Source: Pelomyxa schiedti
Lineage: Eukaryota > Protista > Evosea
Direction of reading: 5' to 3'
DNA: 64,000 nucleotides
NCBI GenBank assembly: GCA_020536535.1
Contig: JAHLWZ010000470.1
Span: 1-64,000 of the forward strand
The notes beneath the pieces were generated by a model that was not told the origin of the DNA, did not search any database, and saw nothing but the letters and a program-made list of their open reading frames with translations. A program made the translations under genes and the position numbers. Below are positions 23,325-35,634 of the stretch, piece after piece. Numbering within the stretch: the stretch's first letter is position 1; each line of letters starts with the position of its first letter.

Positions 23325-25620
23325 ATGGGTGCTTGTATACACCGAGGGGTGTCCACAATTCACCCCGCGAGCACGTCGGCCTCCGCCGCCTGCGCTCATC
23401 CTCTTCCCATAATTGCAGCTCCGACCAACCCCCCGCACGAGTGCCTCCCTGCCATGCGGCCGGGCACGCCCCCGAGCCGCCACGACAGCCAGGTAGTGGC
23501 GGTTGGTTCGCCCGCGGCGGCGCCCCAGTACCGCTCAAACCTCACGCCGCCGCCCAGGCCCCGTCCCACAATGGTGGCTTCGGCTCCCCCCACTATGTCC
23601 GCGTCGCCAAGCTGGCCCCACGGCGCGGCGCCCACGTCGTACGTTTCGCCCTCAGTCTCCACCACAACCACGGCGAGCGACGACAGGCACTACCTCGGCG
23701 TCAACGCCGCGTCGCAGCCCCAGTCTCAGTCTCAGTCTCCCACCCAGACTCGCTCCAGATCTCAGTCTCAGTCTACTCAGCAGCAGCAGCATCCGCAGAA
23801 AGGAGGGCACCCGAGCAATGGGGGAGATTCGACTGAGAGGGGGAGACTTGCAAATGCAGTGCAGAGCAGATCTGATCCCACGTTGCTTTCCCACAGGGCA
23901 CTGCCGCACTGCAATCTAGGTTTGTAATTATGGGACCATGGTTTTGGTGTACCTTTGACAGGGGTTTTGATGAACCGGCGTTCGTACTTGTAGTGATCTT
24001 TCTCCTCCTTCTTCTTCTTACTCTCCCATCTTAAACAGACAGACACAACAGACAACGGGTAGTAATAGTGGGAGGTGGATTTGGAGGTGCCTTTGTTGCA
24101 AAGGAACTGGCAAAGAACTTCATGGCACTAGATGTTGTATTAATTGACACAAAGGAATATTTTGAGAACACATCAGCCATTTTCAAAACTTTTACAGACC
24201 CTGTTGGTAGAAAGTTAACCACTGCCTAACTTTTTCATGACTTCCACTTTAGAAACTCCCCCACAATGCCTGCAGGTAAAGCACGCGGCACATCTCCAAT
24301 ATGCAGAGTTTGTTCATGGAGAGGTGACTCCCAACAACATATTGTGATACCAACATTCTTTTCTAAGGTAGTGGACGCTGACTCTCAATCTGTGTGGGTA
24401 AATATTGATATGCAAACACAAATCCGAATTATGTATGACTTCTTGGTTATTGCCACAGGTGTAACGTAAGTTCTTGGGAGGAGTGTCACAGTAATGAGTT
24501 ATATCTCAGGTATCCTATTGTTAAAGAAAAAGGAGAGACACAGGAGTTTAGAGCTGAGTGGATGCTCAATGAAGCTAAAAAAATTGAAAAAGCCTCTTCT
24601 GTTATAATAGTTGGCGGTGGTAGGTTCCACGCACTTCCTTTGTACTTGGTAACCCTTACCCTTTGAAAGGAGCAACGGGGATCGAATTTGCAGCAAATAT
24701 GGCATCAAAGTGGCGTGGGCTGAATGTAAAAATCATAGAGCATCACCTTCTTTTACCTCGTTACCCACCATTAGTATATCGTCACTTAGTTATTCTGTAA
24801 TTTAGTTTTTCAGGTACGGGATTATGTTACACAAAACCTGCAGTCTGTTGGAGTCACAGTCTTATGTGGACATCACGTGGAATCAATTAATGCAATTCCC
24901 AATGGCAATGGTTTTTATGTAATAACTGATAAATCCCATCGCCTGGAGGTAAAACCACTCCCTTCCAAAAACTGCGCTCATGAAAAACAATTAATAAACT
25001 TCAAAGGCTGATTTGGTCTTTATGTGCACTGGTGGAATTCCCAATTCGGGTTTTATGGAGAGAAACTTTCCCCAGTGCCTAACCACAACTGGTCACCTTA
25101 TGGTATGGTCAATTACACCCTTCCCTTTATACAACTCACGGCTGTAAATACCAGGTTAACAACCACCTCCAATTGGAGAACTTCTCTCATATATTTGTTC
25201 TTGGTGATGTTTGTAACATTGATGAAGAGAAGATGGCAGAACGAGCTATGGACCAGGCAACGGTTGTAGCTAAAAATATCAAACGCCTCTCGAGGCAGAG
25301 GCCTCCAATTTCTACCTACCATCCCTACAAGAGGTACATACTGTGCCCAGTTTATTTAAAATGACGCACTCATAGTCCCATGATGGTACTCAGTCTTGGC
25401 CCCAACTGTGCAATTGCTTTTGCAGGTGGTCATCCAATTGCTGGTGGGGTGAGTGAGCGAATACACATCATTACCTCTAACAAGACTCTTTTCTAGGCTG
25501 TAGCAGCAACAATGAAGAGGTATATGGACATGATAACTCACAAGCTCTTTCCAGAAAGAGCCATTTTTCAATTGCCCATTCAACCCAAACTCAAGAATGT
25601 AGTGTCGATAAAGTCTTCTA
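23325..25620 (+). CDS. AIFM2/FSP1 (AMID)-like NAD(P)H oxidoreductase with a long Pro/Ser/Gln-rich N-terminal extension (3' end approximate)
   Basis: RVVIVGGGFGG (FAD), DFLVIATG, VIIVGGG (NAD), LVFMCTGGIPNSGF, NIFVLGDVCN and MVLSLGP; N-terminal MGAC. Confidence 0.8.
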
Positions 25621-25656
25621 AGTTATAATAATTATTAAAAGAGGCATGCTAGACCT

Positions 25657-28636
25657 ATGGTTGATGGTCACCCTGTGGACTCAAATTTGAGATCCGATCC
25701 ACTTTTCTGTGTATCTCATCTGCCACTTTTGTACCAAAATCTCAAGTACTTTTAGATAGGTTTAGTTAATTTTACAGAGTCCCGTGTTGGTGTCAAAGTG
25801 ACTAAACGGTTGATCCAGCTGAGAGTCCCATTACGCCTCTCCATGCATTCAATGGCAATAAGTAAGCAACTCTTTTCGCTCACAATAACTAACCACTTTA
25901 TAGAAGATGTAGCCAAAGTTTTGAGTAACCAGTCTTCTGACTTGGTTGATCTGTTGACATATGATTCTGCTCTTCCTGACCAAATTCGGACTTCAGTGAA
26001 AGGAATCAAAGTTATGATTTATGTTCTTAGGTCGGACAACGGTCTCTACATTTCTAAAACTCACAAGTGTGCTCACTCTAAGCTAGAAGATAAGGCGCTG
26101 GAGGAGATGGCGCTCTTCCTGCAATATGCTAAGTCCGGAGGAGTATCTCATATTATTTACATCAGAGAGGTATTCCCAATGACTAGAAACCAAAATTCTC
26201 ATTTGTTTTCCTAGCACTGTACCAATACCCACAACTACTGCAGGCATGTCCAGAATAGTTGTTAGCGTTTTTGACAAAGTCACCTCTCGTGCACAGATTG
26301 ACACTTCGAGGAGAAGACATGGTCTCAAATTCAACAATACCTTTTACCATTGTAAGACACGATAAAGAATTTAATAATCAGCTATTGCTTCAGAGTAAGC
26401 CACAAGTATTGCTTCAAAGGCTAGTCACAAACACATCTTTTACATCATTAACTATCATAGATGCCTAATGCTTCCTATTGAAAGTGAGCGCATCTCATGG
26501 CTTGACATAAACGATATTGCCGATGTATTAGATAGACTTTCCTCCAACGACTCTAATTATTTTTAGGCCGTAGTGAACATTGCTCTGAAACCCGACCTAC
26601 ACTCCGGACAGGTAAGTTCTTCATCATAGTACTTTACATCAAGGAATAGGTCTATGAGTTAAATGGCATTGAGTACTTAACTGGCCAAGATATTGCAAAA
26701 ATATTGTCCAATGTTTTACAAGAGCAGGTTGTTTTACACTTTTTTTTTTTGTAATCAAACATTCCCCTCAGGTCCGGTACCTGCCTATCCAACCAGAAAT
26801 TTCTGAAGCTAAAATGGTGTCTTCCCAACGACCAGTGAGGCACTTTTTCATATTTATTCCACCTGATTTTATTAGAGAGCTGACTGTGAGATGTTCCTTT
26901 GCACCCAGAGAAAGACTAGTCAATTGAATAACCTGCAACAGCTTATTGGACGCGAACCAAGTTTGTTTTAGCACTCAACTGCTTATATCACTAAATCATA
27001 GGTACTTTTTTGAGCTGGGTTACTTCAAAAGTCGGACTTTTGAGTAGGAGAAAATATCTCACATAATATAAATAACTCATGCTCTCTTTTTGAGAAGACG
27101 AGCACAGTGAAAATCAGCAACTTTGTGGAAGGGATATCGAACTATTGTTAAAAAATCCCTTGCGTGGAAATGAATCCTATATGGAGGTGAGTTCTCTAAA
27201 TCTATTTGTTTCTCTAAGATTGTCCTAGATTGACGCCCGGGAAATCATTCTTGGAGAGCAAGTAGGTTCTGCAGCACATGGAACAGTATACAAGTAGTGG
27301 ATGTGCAATATTGATTAATACTAAGTACCTGTAGGGCCTTATTCCAAAACACACCCACCGCCCTTAAGGTTTTTAATACTTCCGCCTACGAAAAGCAATT
27401 AGATTTTTTCAGAAAGGGTGCTAGTCTTGCTTGGTTTCTCTCTTATTCTTTCGGCATACTTTCTGAACCATTTTCAGTTTATTGCGGCATCCAAATTTAA
27501 TTGTTGCCATGGGGGCATGCACTCACTTGCCTACATTGTGTATTGTCTATGAGTGGATGCCACGTGGAAGGTTACAAACATTATAAGCACACTCCCTCTT
27601 ACCTTTTCCAGCCTTGAGACTTTACTATCTCAAGATACCACACCCCTTTCACTCTCTGTACAAGTGCGTATGGCACTTTGTATTGCCAAGGGACTTGCCT
27701 TTCTACATTCCGTTGGAGTTGTTCACCAAGGTTTGACATATTTTCCTCTCTCGTTCTTATCTCCTCAGATATCAAATGGTACAATGAATATCTTCAGAAT
27801 ACTTCTTACTTATTCTTAGCTCCAATTTGTTACTAACACAAGGAATGCAAGTTAAAATTGCTGGTAAAGTTTTAATGCAAATAGCAAGCCAATAACCTAT
27901 TTCTCAAAGATTATGGTACAGCTCTTCCAGTTAGATATCGTAAGGGCAAACTCTCTGGGTCACCTCAAGTAACATACCTCCTTTCACTCATCACCTGTAA
28001 CTTAAAACTAGTATATTGCACCAGAAGGTGATCTCAAAATATATGCTCTGGTCTAACGTTTTATAGTACTCACTGGTTCAAAGCCTTCAACATCTTCTGA
28101 TGTATATTCGTTTGGAATTGGTATGCCTGTGGGAAGGTAACTATTTCTAACAGGTATCAGTCCTGTGGCAAATTGCAACCAGGAAATCGCCTTGGAACGG
28201 CTGCAATAATCCCTTTGTAGTTATAGGTTTTGCCTCTCTTAATTTTTCTCTTTCCTATTTTTTTAACAAAACTACAGAAACAGTAGTGAGTGGCAAACGG
28301 TTACCTTTGGATAAAGAGCAACCCCTGTATCCTCTTATAATGTAGTGTTCCAATTCCGGGATAACAAAACAAGTTCTAATAGCCCCACAGGAGCTGCTGG
28401 GACCAACAAGCGCAAAACAGGCCCACGGCACATCAGGCACAAATGGTACTCGAAAGAATGAAAGTTCCATCAACTTCCCGGCCCACCTACACAACACCCA
28501 CCAATGCCGACAGACCCGACCTCATGAACAAGGTAAATTCCTTTCCGCTGATGGTTCCAATAACAATGCACAACACCAATCTACAATACAGCTGCTTTTC
28601 CGGGAGGCCGACACAACAACACAGTCTCACTTGTAA
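25657..28636 (+). CDS. Tyrosine-kinase-like (TKL) protein kinase with an unrecognised N-terminal region (ends approximate)
   Basis: Kinase exons at 27228-28480: IDAREIILGEQVGSAAHGTVYK, TALK, LRHPNL, HQDIKCSNLLL, KIADYG, YIAPE, DVYSFGI and SCWDQQAQNRPT. Confidence 0.75.
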
Positions 28637-28957
28637 GTACTGTATGTATCTGTATCAAAGTTTTGTTGGGAAAAGAAAGACAAGAAATTGCTTTCTATAT
28701 ACGACAACGTTTGATCGCTTTTTTCGTTGACCACTTCGTTTCTTTTGTGTCAAAAAAAAAAAGCCGAAATAGCAGAGAAGACAAAAAAAAACCCGCAGAT
28801 TTTAAAAAAAAAACCACAAAGAAAAAAGACGAGCGTTAGTGGCGGTGGACAAAAAAAGTCGCATCGCCGTAAACACGACACGTTTTCTTTTTTCGCACGC
28901 CGATCGTTTGTCGTTATATATACGTCGTTGTCGTTTCGTAGTTGCCGGTGTTGATCA

Positions 28958-31900
28958 ATGGCCTGCCTAGAGCCTTACATCAGAAAGGTGCGTTGATCGC
29001 ATTTTTCCCTTTGTTACACATCCTTATTGCATTGATCAGGATGAAGACCCTACAGCCGTGCTGACACTCGATTCAGTGATCGCTGAGGGCAGTTTTGGAA
29101 TAGTGTACAAGGTCCTCACACTCGGTTCTCCATTTCCACTTACGGTTCGGTGACAGGGGCGCCACACATCTTCCCAAGAAATTTTGGCTATAAAAATTAT
29201 CAAACTTGAAGAGGACGAAACATTTGATGACCTTGTTATTGAAATAGGCACCTCGTTTCCTAACGACTTTTCTCTCTGACTCGTCGCAGATGTTTTAAGT
29301 AAATGCAGCCACCCAAACATTGTTGGGTATTTTGGAAGCTGGAAAAGAAATGATGAATTATTTGTGTGTTGGGGCCAGTTTTTTATTTTATCTAACAAAC
29401 GCTTCTTCTTTCAGATTGCTATGGAATTATGTGACGGTGGCTCAGCAGCTGACGTTTATCAAGGTACAAGAAAATCCCAAAGCTTGATTGATTGACGGTT
29501 GTAAGAGCTGGGACAACCTTATCAAGAACCCATCATAGCCCTTATATGTAGGGAGTTTATTAAGGGCTTAGGATATTTACACGCTATGGGAATTATTCAC
29601 AGAGATATCAAGGGTATGGGAAATCCATTTTCTTTTCTCTCATGCCATCAATTTTCAGGCGCGAATATCCTTCTTACTAAAGAGGGCAAAGTAAAGCTTG
29701 GTAACGTTATTCCACTTCTCCTTCAGCCCATTCATTTGCAATAAATAGTCGATTTTGGAGTTAGTGGCAAGCTTACTGCAGCCCAACCAACTCGAAAAAC
29801 TTTTATCGGAACTCCTTACTGGTTTCCCAAATTTGAAATCAGTATTAAATTCACATTTTCACAGGATGGCACCCGAAGTTATTGGTATGAACTTCTCCCT
29901 TTTTACATAGTGATAGTTACCTGAAACACAAAAGAAAATAAGGGCTCCCCTGTTCCATACAACACTCGGGTGATTTCTTTTTTTCCCCTTTCTTCATCCA
30001 GTCCCCTTGTGTGTATTTAACATTTTTTTGCAGGCTGATATTTGGAGTGTTGGTATAACCATGCTAGAGTTTGCGCATGGAGAGCCCCCACTCTCTGACA
30101 TGCACCCAATGAGGGCACTGTTTCAAATTCCTTACAGAAAGCCCCCCACTCTCAACAAGCCGTCTGATTGGAGTCCTCAATTCCCAGACATTGTCGCCAG
30201 GTGCTTGGAGAGAGACCCGCGAAATCGTCCTGATGTTCCCGCAATACTAGAGGTTTGTCTAATAATGAGGCTTATCTCACTACTTCCTAGCACCCATTCT
30301 TCCTTCATTGTGCTGACCCTACTGCTCTTGGGGAGCTTGTTCAAAGGTTCTTGGGTGAACACTTGTAGATTATTTATTGTTCTCAGGTATGTTACTGTAA
30401 AGAAGGCAAACGAGACTGCTGAGGAAACAGCGGCGCCAGAAGGTGCAACACCAGAAGAAGATAAGGCTGCCGCATTTTTGCAGGAACTGGACAACGCACC
30501 TAAATTAGTACAATTCCATCTCTCAACCTTTTTTTATCGTTACTGTCTATTAGGTAACAAAGGCACCATCACCAGCTCCATCGCCATCTCCTGCTCCACT
30601 TTCAGCTTCATCACCAGAGGTAGTGAGTCACAATATCATCAAATCTAATCCACGTTCCTAGACACCACCCGCTATTCCGCCAGTTGCGTCTTCACCTTCG
30701 TTGTCTTCAAGTAACCTCTAATTCTAATATATATAAAACTAATTACTGGTAGCTTCTCGACCCGCCACCTCTGCAAAGACACGACCTTCTACAGTTCACA
30801 GGACTGCGGCTAAGCGAACCCTTGCCATCAAGCAGAAAATAAACCGCAAATTCATCAAACAACAGATTCAGGAGATTAAAAAACTGCAACGAAATCACCA
30901 AAAGGTTTGCATTTCTCGGTCTATGTCTTTTTTTTTGGTACAAAGTGCTGAGGCCCACCGTAGGAAATGGAGACTCTGGAAGCCAAACAAGGTGCTGACC
31001 GGCAAAAGCTTCTTCGAAACTTTCAGAATACACTGGAAAAAGAACAAAAGAAGTTCCAGCAGGAGGTAGAAGCGTTGTATGAATTTTCCCATTGAATAGT
31101 ACGCAGGAGGAGAAATTGCAACATAGGTCACAGCTGGAAAAAGATGATGAAACCAAACACCTTAAGAACGAAAAGGAAGAATTTTTACGACAGCAACAAA
31201 ATCGGTTCCGCAACTTCCAACGGGTTTTCGGACCAGATATGTTTACTTCTACTGAAGTTGTCCTCCCTTCTTTTTTTTAGGACATGATGAATTGGCATCG
31301 ATTACAAAAACGAGATTTTGATGTGTGCATGGGCAATAAGGAAAGGGATATGAGAGAAGTTCACAAAACCCTCGAAAAAGAGGAAGAAAAAAGACTGAGG
31401 TAAACACTCCAAAAAAAAAAAAGACATTCAACATCTTTACAGAGCCGCCGGCGAGTACGTATCAAAAAAATATATGAAGCAACTACAAATTGAGAACCAA
31501 GCAGTATTCTTGCAGCATCGGGCCAGTTGTGTTTTACTATTTACACAACAACAACAAATGCAAAGGTTGTGTGACGAACACAGAGAACAATTGTTGTACA
31601 AAGATGAAGTATTTTTTTTTTTGGATAGCAATTCCCTCTCAATGTTTTTAGTTTCTTCATAAATCCATGGAGCACCATGCCATAGCCCAGCACTCTGAAG
31701 AAGAAACTGTATCACAGACAGAAGAAAGAGAACTAACAGCTCTGGAAGCTGAGCAGAAATTTGTACTGGATTTTACTGTAAACCTACAGAAGTTTGAGAA
31801 GGTTTTTCACTATTTTTAAATACAATGAACTCATACCCAATCAGGAGTCCCAAGAAGCAGTGTTCGCGCTGCAAAGGGAGCAACTCAGGGGAAGGCAACT

Positions 31901-33105
31901 TCTTGAAACTCAGCAACATAAACGCCAGCAAGAATTGGAGGGAAAGGAACTTTTCAAAGAGTTCAAACTTGAAGAAAAGAAGAAAAAAGCGGTACGCCGC
32001 TTATTGTATCGTCTTCCACACCAACTCACATAGGAATTTGATGCCGAGTCACGTGATAAGCTGAAGCATGCTGATTCTGGGTCTCGCAAAATTGTTCGCG
32101 ATACCCTTGCAAAAGATAAGGCTAGCTTCCAACAAACTCTCACCACCGCGGAGAAAGACTTTACTGCCCAACAACGACAGCGTGAAGCAGAGGAAGATCA
32201 TAGCCTTTTGGAGGGACAACAGGAGCAAACCAAGCAACAACTTGCTTCACAGGCAGCTGAGCGTGCTGAGCTGGCTAAAAAGCATGAAGACGCTTTGGCA
32301 AAAATACACCAGGTAAGCAACCATTTTCTTGCGACGTCTCGTAACCTAGTATCAGATGCATTATGACAAAAAGGAAACAGTTATTAATCAGTTGTGTGAG
32401 AAGCGGCGTGAAGCACAATCCAAGTGCCATGGTGAACAAATTATGGTTTTCCTCTCATTTCTCTGTGAGACAGCTTACATCAATTAGACAATAACTCAAT
32501 TAAGAGCTGAAAGACGGGAGCAGTTCCTTCTGAAGTTCCTTCAGGAACAGAAAAAAATCCTGAAAGAACACCAGGTTGCCGCCGTCCAACAACTCACTGA
32601 ACAGCAGCACACTCATCTGGAGATAGTCAAGCAAAAACATCAGGTCCCACTTTCACATATTTATTCAGTGTATCCTTAACCAAAAACTTCAGTGTGCCAT
32701 CTTCGCCAAAGAAAAGGATCAAAGGAAACGCAAGCAACCCGTAGATACTGCGGCATTGGCAAAACAGCATTCTCTTGATATAGAAGCAATCCGAAATCGC
32801 CACCAGGAAGAGCTCTACACGCAAAACGAGCTTCACGTCCAACAAGAAACCACAATGCAAGAGGTATTTCCATTCCGAGGTCCGAAATCACTCCCCAACC
32901 AAAAAAAACCTTTTTGCAGACACACCAACGAATGCTGGAGGAAGATATCAATGACACTATTGCTTATGGAGAGGCACTCACTCGAGCTCAAGGTGACAAG
33001 GATGCCGAACTCAAGTGCGTAGTCCGATTTCGCGGTTTCTAAATAAATAACCCAAATACCAGACAAAAGCTCGAGGCTTTGAGGGAGCGCCTAAAGAGGA
33101 CCTAG
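28958..33105 (+). CDS. STE20/GCK-family Ser/Thr kinase with a long C-terminal coiled coil (SLK/LOK/TAO-like)
   Basis: [72 protein letters not shown]; Gln/Glu/Lys-rich heptad exons at 30830-33105. Confidence 0.9.
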
Positions 33106-33214
33106 AGCACAAAATTACATCTAAATTGTAACAAAAAAAAAAAAAGCCCATTGTTCCTGTAATTTCTGACCTTTTGTTTTCCAACAAAAGAAATTTTGGT
33201 TCTCAAGCTGTGCC

Positions 33215-34180
33215 ATGCACAGAACCAGCTCACACACAGCCGACGGAGTGCCACATACTTTCGCAGACGGAGGCAGGTACGAGGGTGAGTTGTGGCATGG
33301 CAAGAAGCACGGCCGAGGGCTGTGCACGTGGCCAGACCGCACGTCCTACGAAGGCGAGTGGTACAAGGACAAGATGGACGGGTGGGGGGTGCACCGTCAG
33401 CCCGACGGCGGCGAGATGTACGAGGGGCTGTGGAGAGACGACCGCAGGAGGAGGGGGAGGTGCCACCTCCCGAACGGGGAGGTATGCGACGGCGAGTGGA
33501 TGTGGAACGACGCCTCCCGGCACTATGAGATGCAGGGCTGGGGGATGCTGTGGAAGAGGTGCAAGCCATATGGAGGCACGCAGGGGCCATGTGTGATGAG
33601 GGTGGTGTATGTGGGCGAGTGGGAGAGCAACAAGTGGCACGGGTGGGGAATCTTGAGGGATCCAGAGACTGGCAGTATCTACTGCGGTGGGTTTGACCAT
33701 GGGGTCAAGAGTGACCTGGGGATGTACTTTGAATCAGGAGGAGGAGGAAGCTATGACGGAGGGTGGAAGGACAATGTCTTCCATGGAAAGGGTGTGAGGA
33801 CTTGTGGTGATGGCAAGTTAAGAATTAGTGTTTGGGAAATGGGTCGTTGTTTGAGAGGCAAGACCACAGACTTCGGGAAGATGAGAACTAAACTGCATGA
33901 GTTGAAAAATCAAACTCTAACTAACTTTTCTAATATTTATTTAGATAAGGACGACGAGACAATAAAGTTGCAAGGAGATATCAAGTTGAAAGAGGAACAA
34001 ATACAGAAAACCCAAATAGAGTGTGACCACACTTTGAAACATATTCAACAAGGAGTTTGGGTGAAATCACTAATGGCATCAAACACACAAGAGGAACACA
34101 GAAGTGAGTGTGTGATGAAAAAAGTTTCTGTCACATTTGATGAATGCGTTTGCTCCTTATGTCCTCTTGAAAAGGGTTAA
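33215..34180 (+). CDS. MORN-repeat protein followed by a coiled coil
   Basis: Repeated YEGEW...GxG units (for example YEGEWYKDKMDGWG and YVGEWESNKWHGWG). Confidence 0.85.
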   Translation: MHRTSSHTADGVPHTFADGGRYEGELWHGKKHGRGLCTWPDRTSYEGEWYKDKMDGWGVHRQPDGGEMYEGLWRDDRRRRGRCHLPNGEVCDGEWMWNDASRHYEMQGWGMLWKRCKPYGGTQGPCVMRVVYVGEWESNKWHGWGILRDPETGSIYCGGFDHGVKSDLGMYFESGGGGSYDGGWKDNVFHGKGVRTCGDGKLRISVWEMGRCLRGKTTDFGKMRTKLHELKNQTLTNFSNIYLDKDDETIKLQGDIKLKEEQIQKTQIECDHTLKHIQQGVWVKSLMASNTQEEHRSECVMKKVSVTFDECVCSLCPLEKG

Positions 34181-35440
34181 AAAATCCATTGTGTTTGACA
34201 CCAACCATAAAGCCAAGGTTGTGAAGATGGAAATTGGAAAGCGGCTTGGGTTGGATGAAAACCAACAGATTATCTCTTTTGTACCAAGTGTTCAAGGGAA
34301 CAAATGAAGAGACAGATAATATTACAACATAAATGTCCACAAGGCGTCCCAAACAAAGGCTCTTACACACTTATTGAGTTATCCTTCACAGTATTGCTCC
34401 CATGAATTCAGATCGTGTAACATATCCGACTTACTAAAATGCGCGAATCAACTTACAGCTGACGTACACAATAACTGCACGTTTCTACTGCGCAGCACAG
34501 ATAATGCTCTACACCTTGGAATGCGAAGCCATCTTGTAATACAATGTAACTTTCCTAACTGACGACACATACAGAACAGTACAATTGTGTACTACTTCTA
34601 CAGACCAACTGAATTACAAACATCGTGCAGCTATTATTCTTACATCTGCAAATACTTTTCGCTGCCCAAGAGATATGTCCACCCGGAAGACAATTCTGCA
34701 ATGCAATATCAGCAAGACCACCCTAACTACAGCACACGCTGCGTTTTGTCACGTACTACGGAAGTCGTACCTCAAATATATGTTAAACGCATACCTTTGC
34801 ACCAAACAAACTGTCATGACTGGTGCATTCTAATTGTGATGCTGCTTGTGCCATGGGATCACCGACATAAAGACGGCCTTTGGGAGGAACATTATCATGT
34901 CTGGTGTACGGAGACTGCGCCGACATTGTAGCACTCTGTAAACGATCGCATGATGGCTTTGCAGGAGACACATTCCAAAGCACAGAAGCAACTTGAGGAA
35001 CAGCAAGCAGGAAATGTTGATGCCTTCCGAACCATGAGGAAACAGAATTCAGTATGGGCAGCATGGCAGATCTACAAGAAGGTCTCATTGACTGGAGTTT
35101 TATATTACACCAACAAGATGAACTGCAAGACCTGGACCTGCGTGACACGGATGACGTCACGCCGACGATTTCATCAGCCAAGCATGTCATCTAATACAAG
35201 AATTTTGTGTACATGCAACAAGTACCGCAGAAAGCGAGTGCACGCATTCAGAAGTTCCCACTACAGCTTGTACCGAGATTATTGACAAACCCTTCATAAT
35301 TACGGATGAACCTCCTGCAATTGTTAAGTTACAAGCAGCAATGAAGCACGCTAACGACGCGGCGGAGGAGAAGTACCACGTTGCAGTGACCATGGCAGGT
35401 AGCTCTAAGAGGGGGAATGTGTGGGCGCACCCACTATGAC
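34180..35440 (+). pseudogene. Fragmented UBL-like and Cys-rich (RBR-like) segments and a coiled coil downstream of the MORN ORF
   Basis: Short frames: VKKSIVFDTNHKAKVVKMEIGKRLGLDENQQII, YPSQYCSHEF, FRCPRD...AFCHV, CCLCHGITDIK; broken by stops or frame changes not explained by clear introns. Confidence 0.35.
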
Positions 35441-35634
35441 TAGACTGAGGACCCAACCTGGCTCAAGAGATCTAACATCCAGAATAGCACGATAGCTGTG
35501 ACGTCAGTTAGCACCTGCAACGCGAACGATAAATGAAGAATAATAGATACCCAAGTTATCCCCCTTTACTGGTCAGAAGGCCCTGGATCGCTACAACTTA
35601 GTGGCGTCCAACTTCCAAAAAAAAAAACAAAAAA

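Noticed and set aside
28340-28400. In-frame TAG in the TKL kinase (I-M-stop-C), suggesting TAG reassignment to Gln
   Set aside because: A GT-AG intron (gtagtg...ccccacag) restores IMSCWDQ, and TAG serves as a normal stop in RRP41 and the STE20 kinase.
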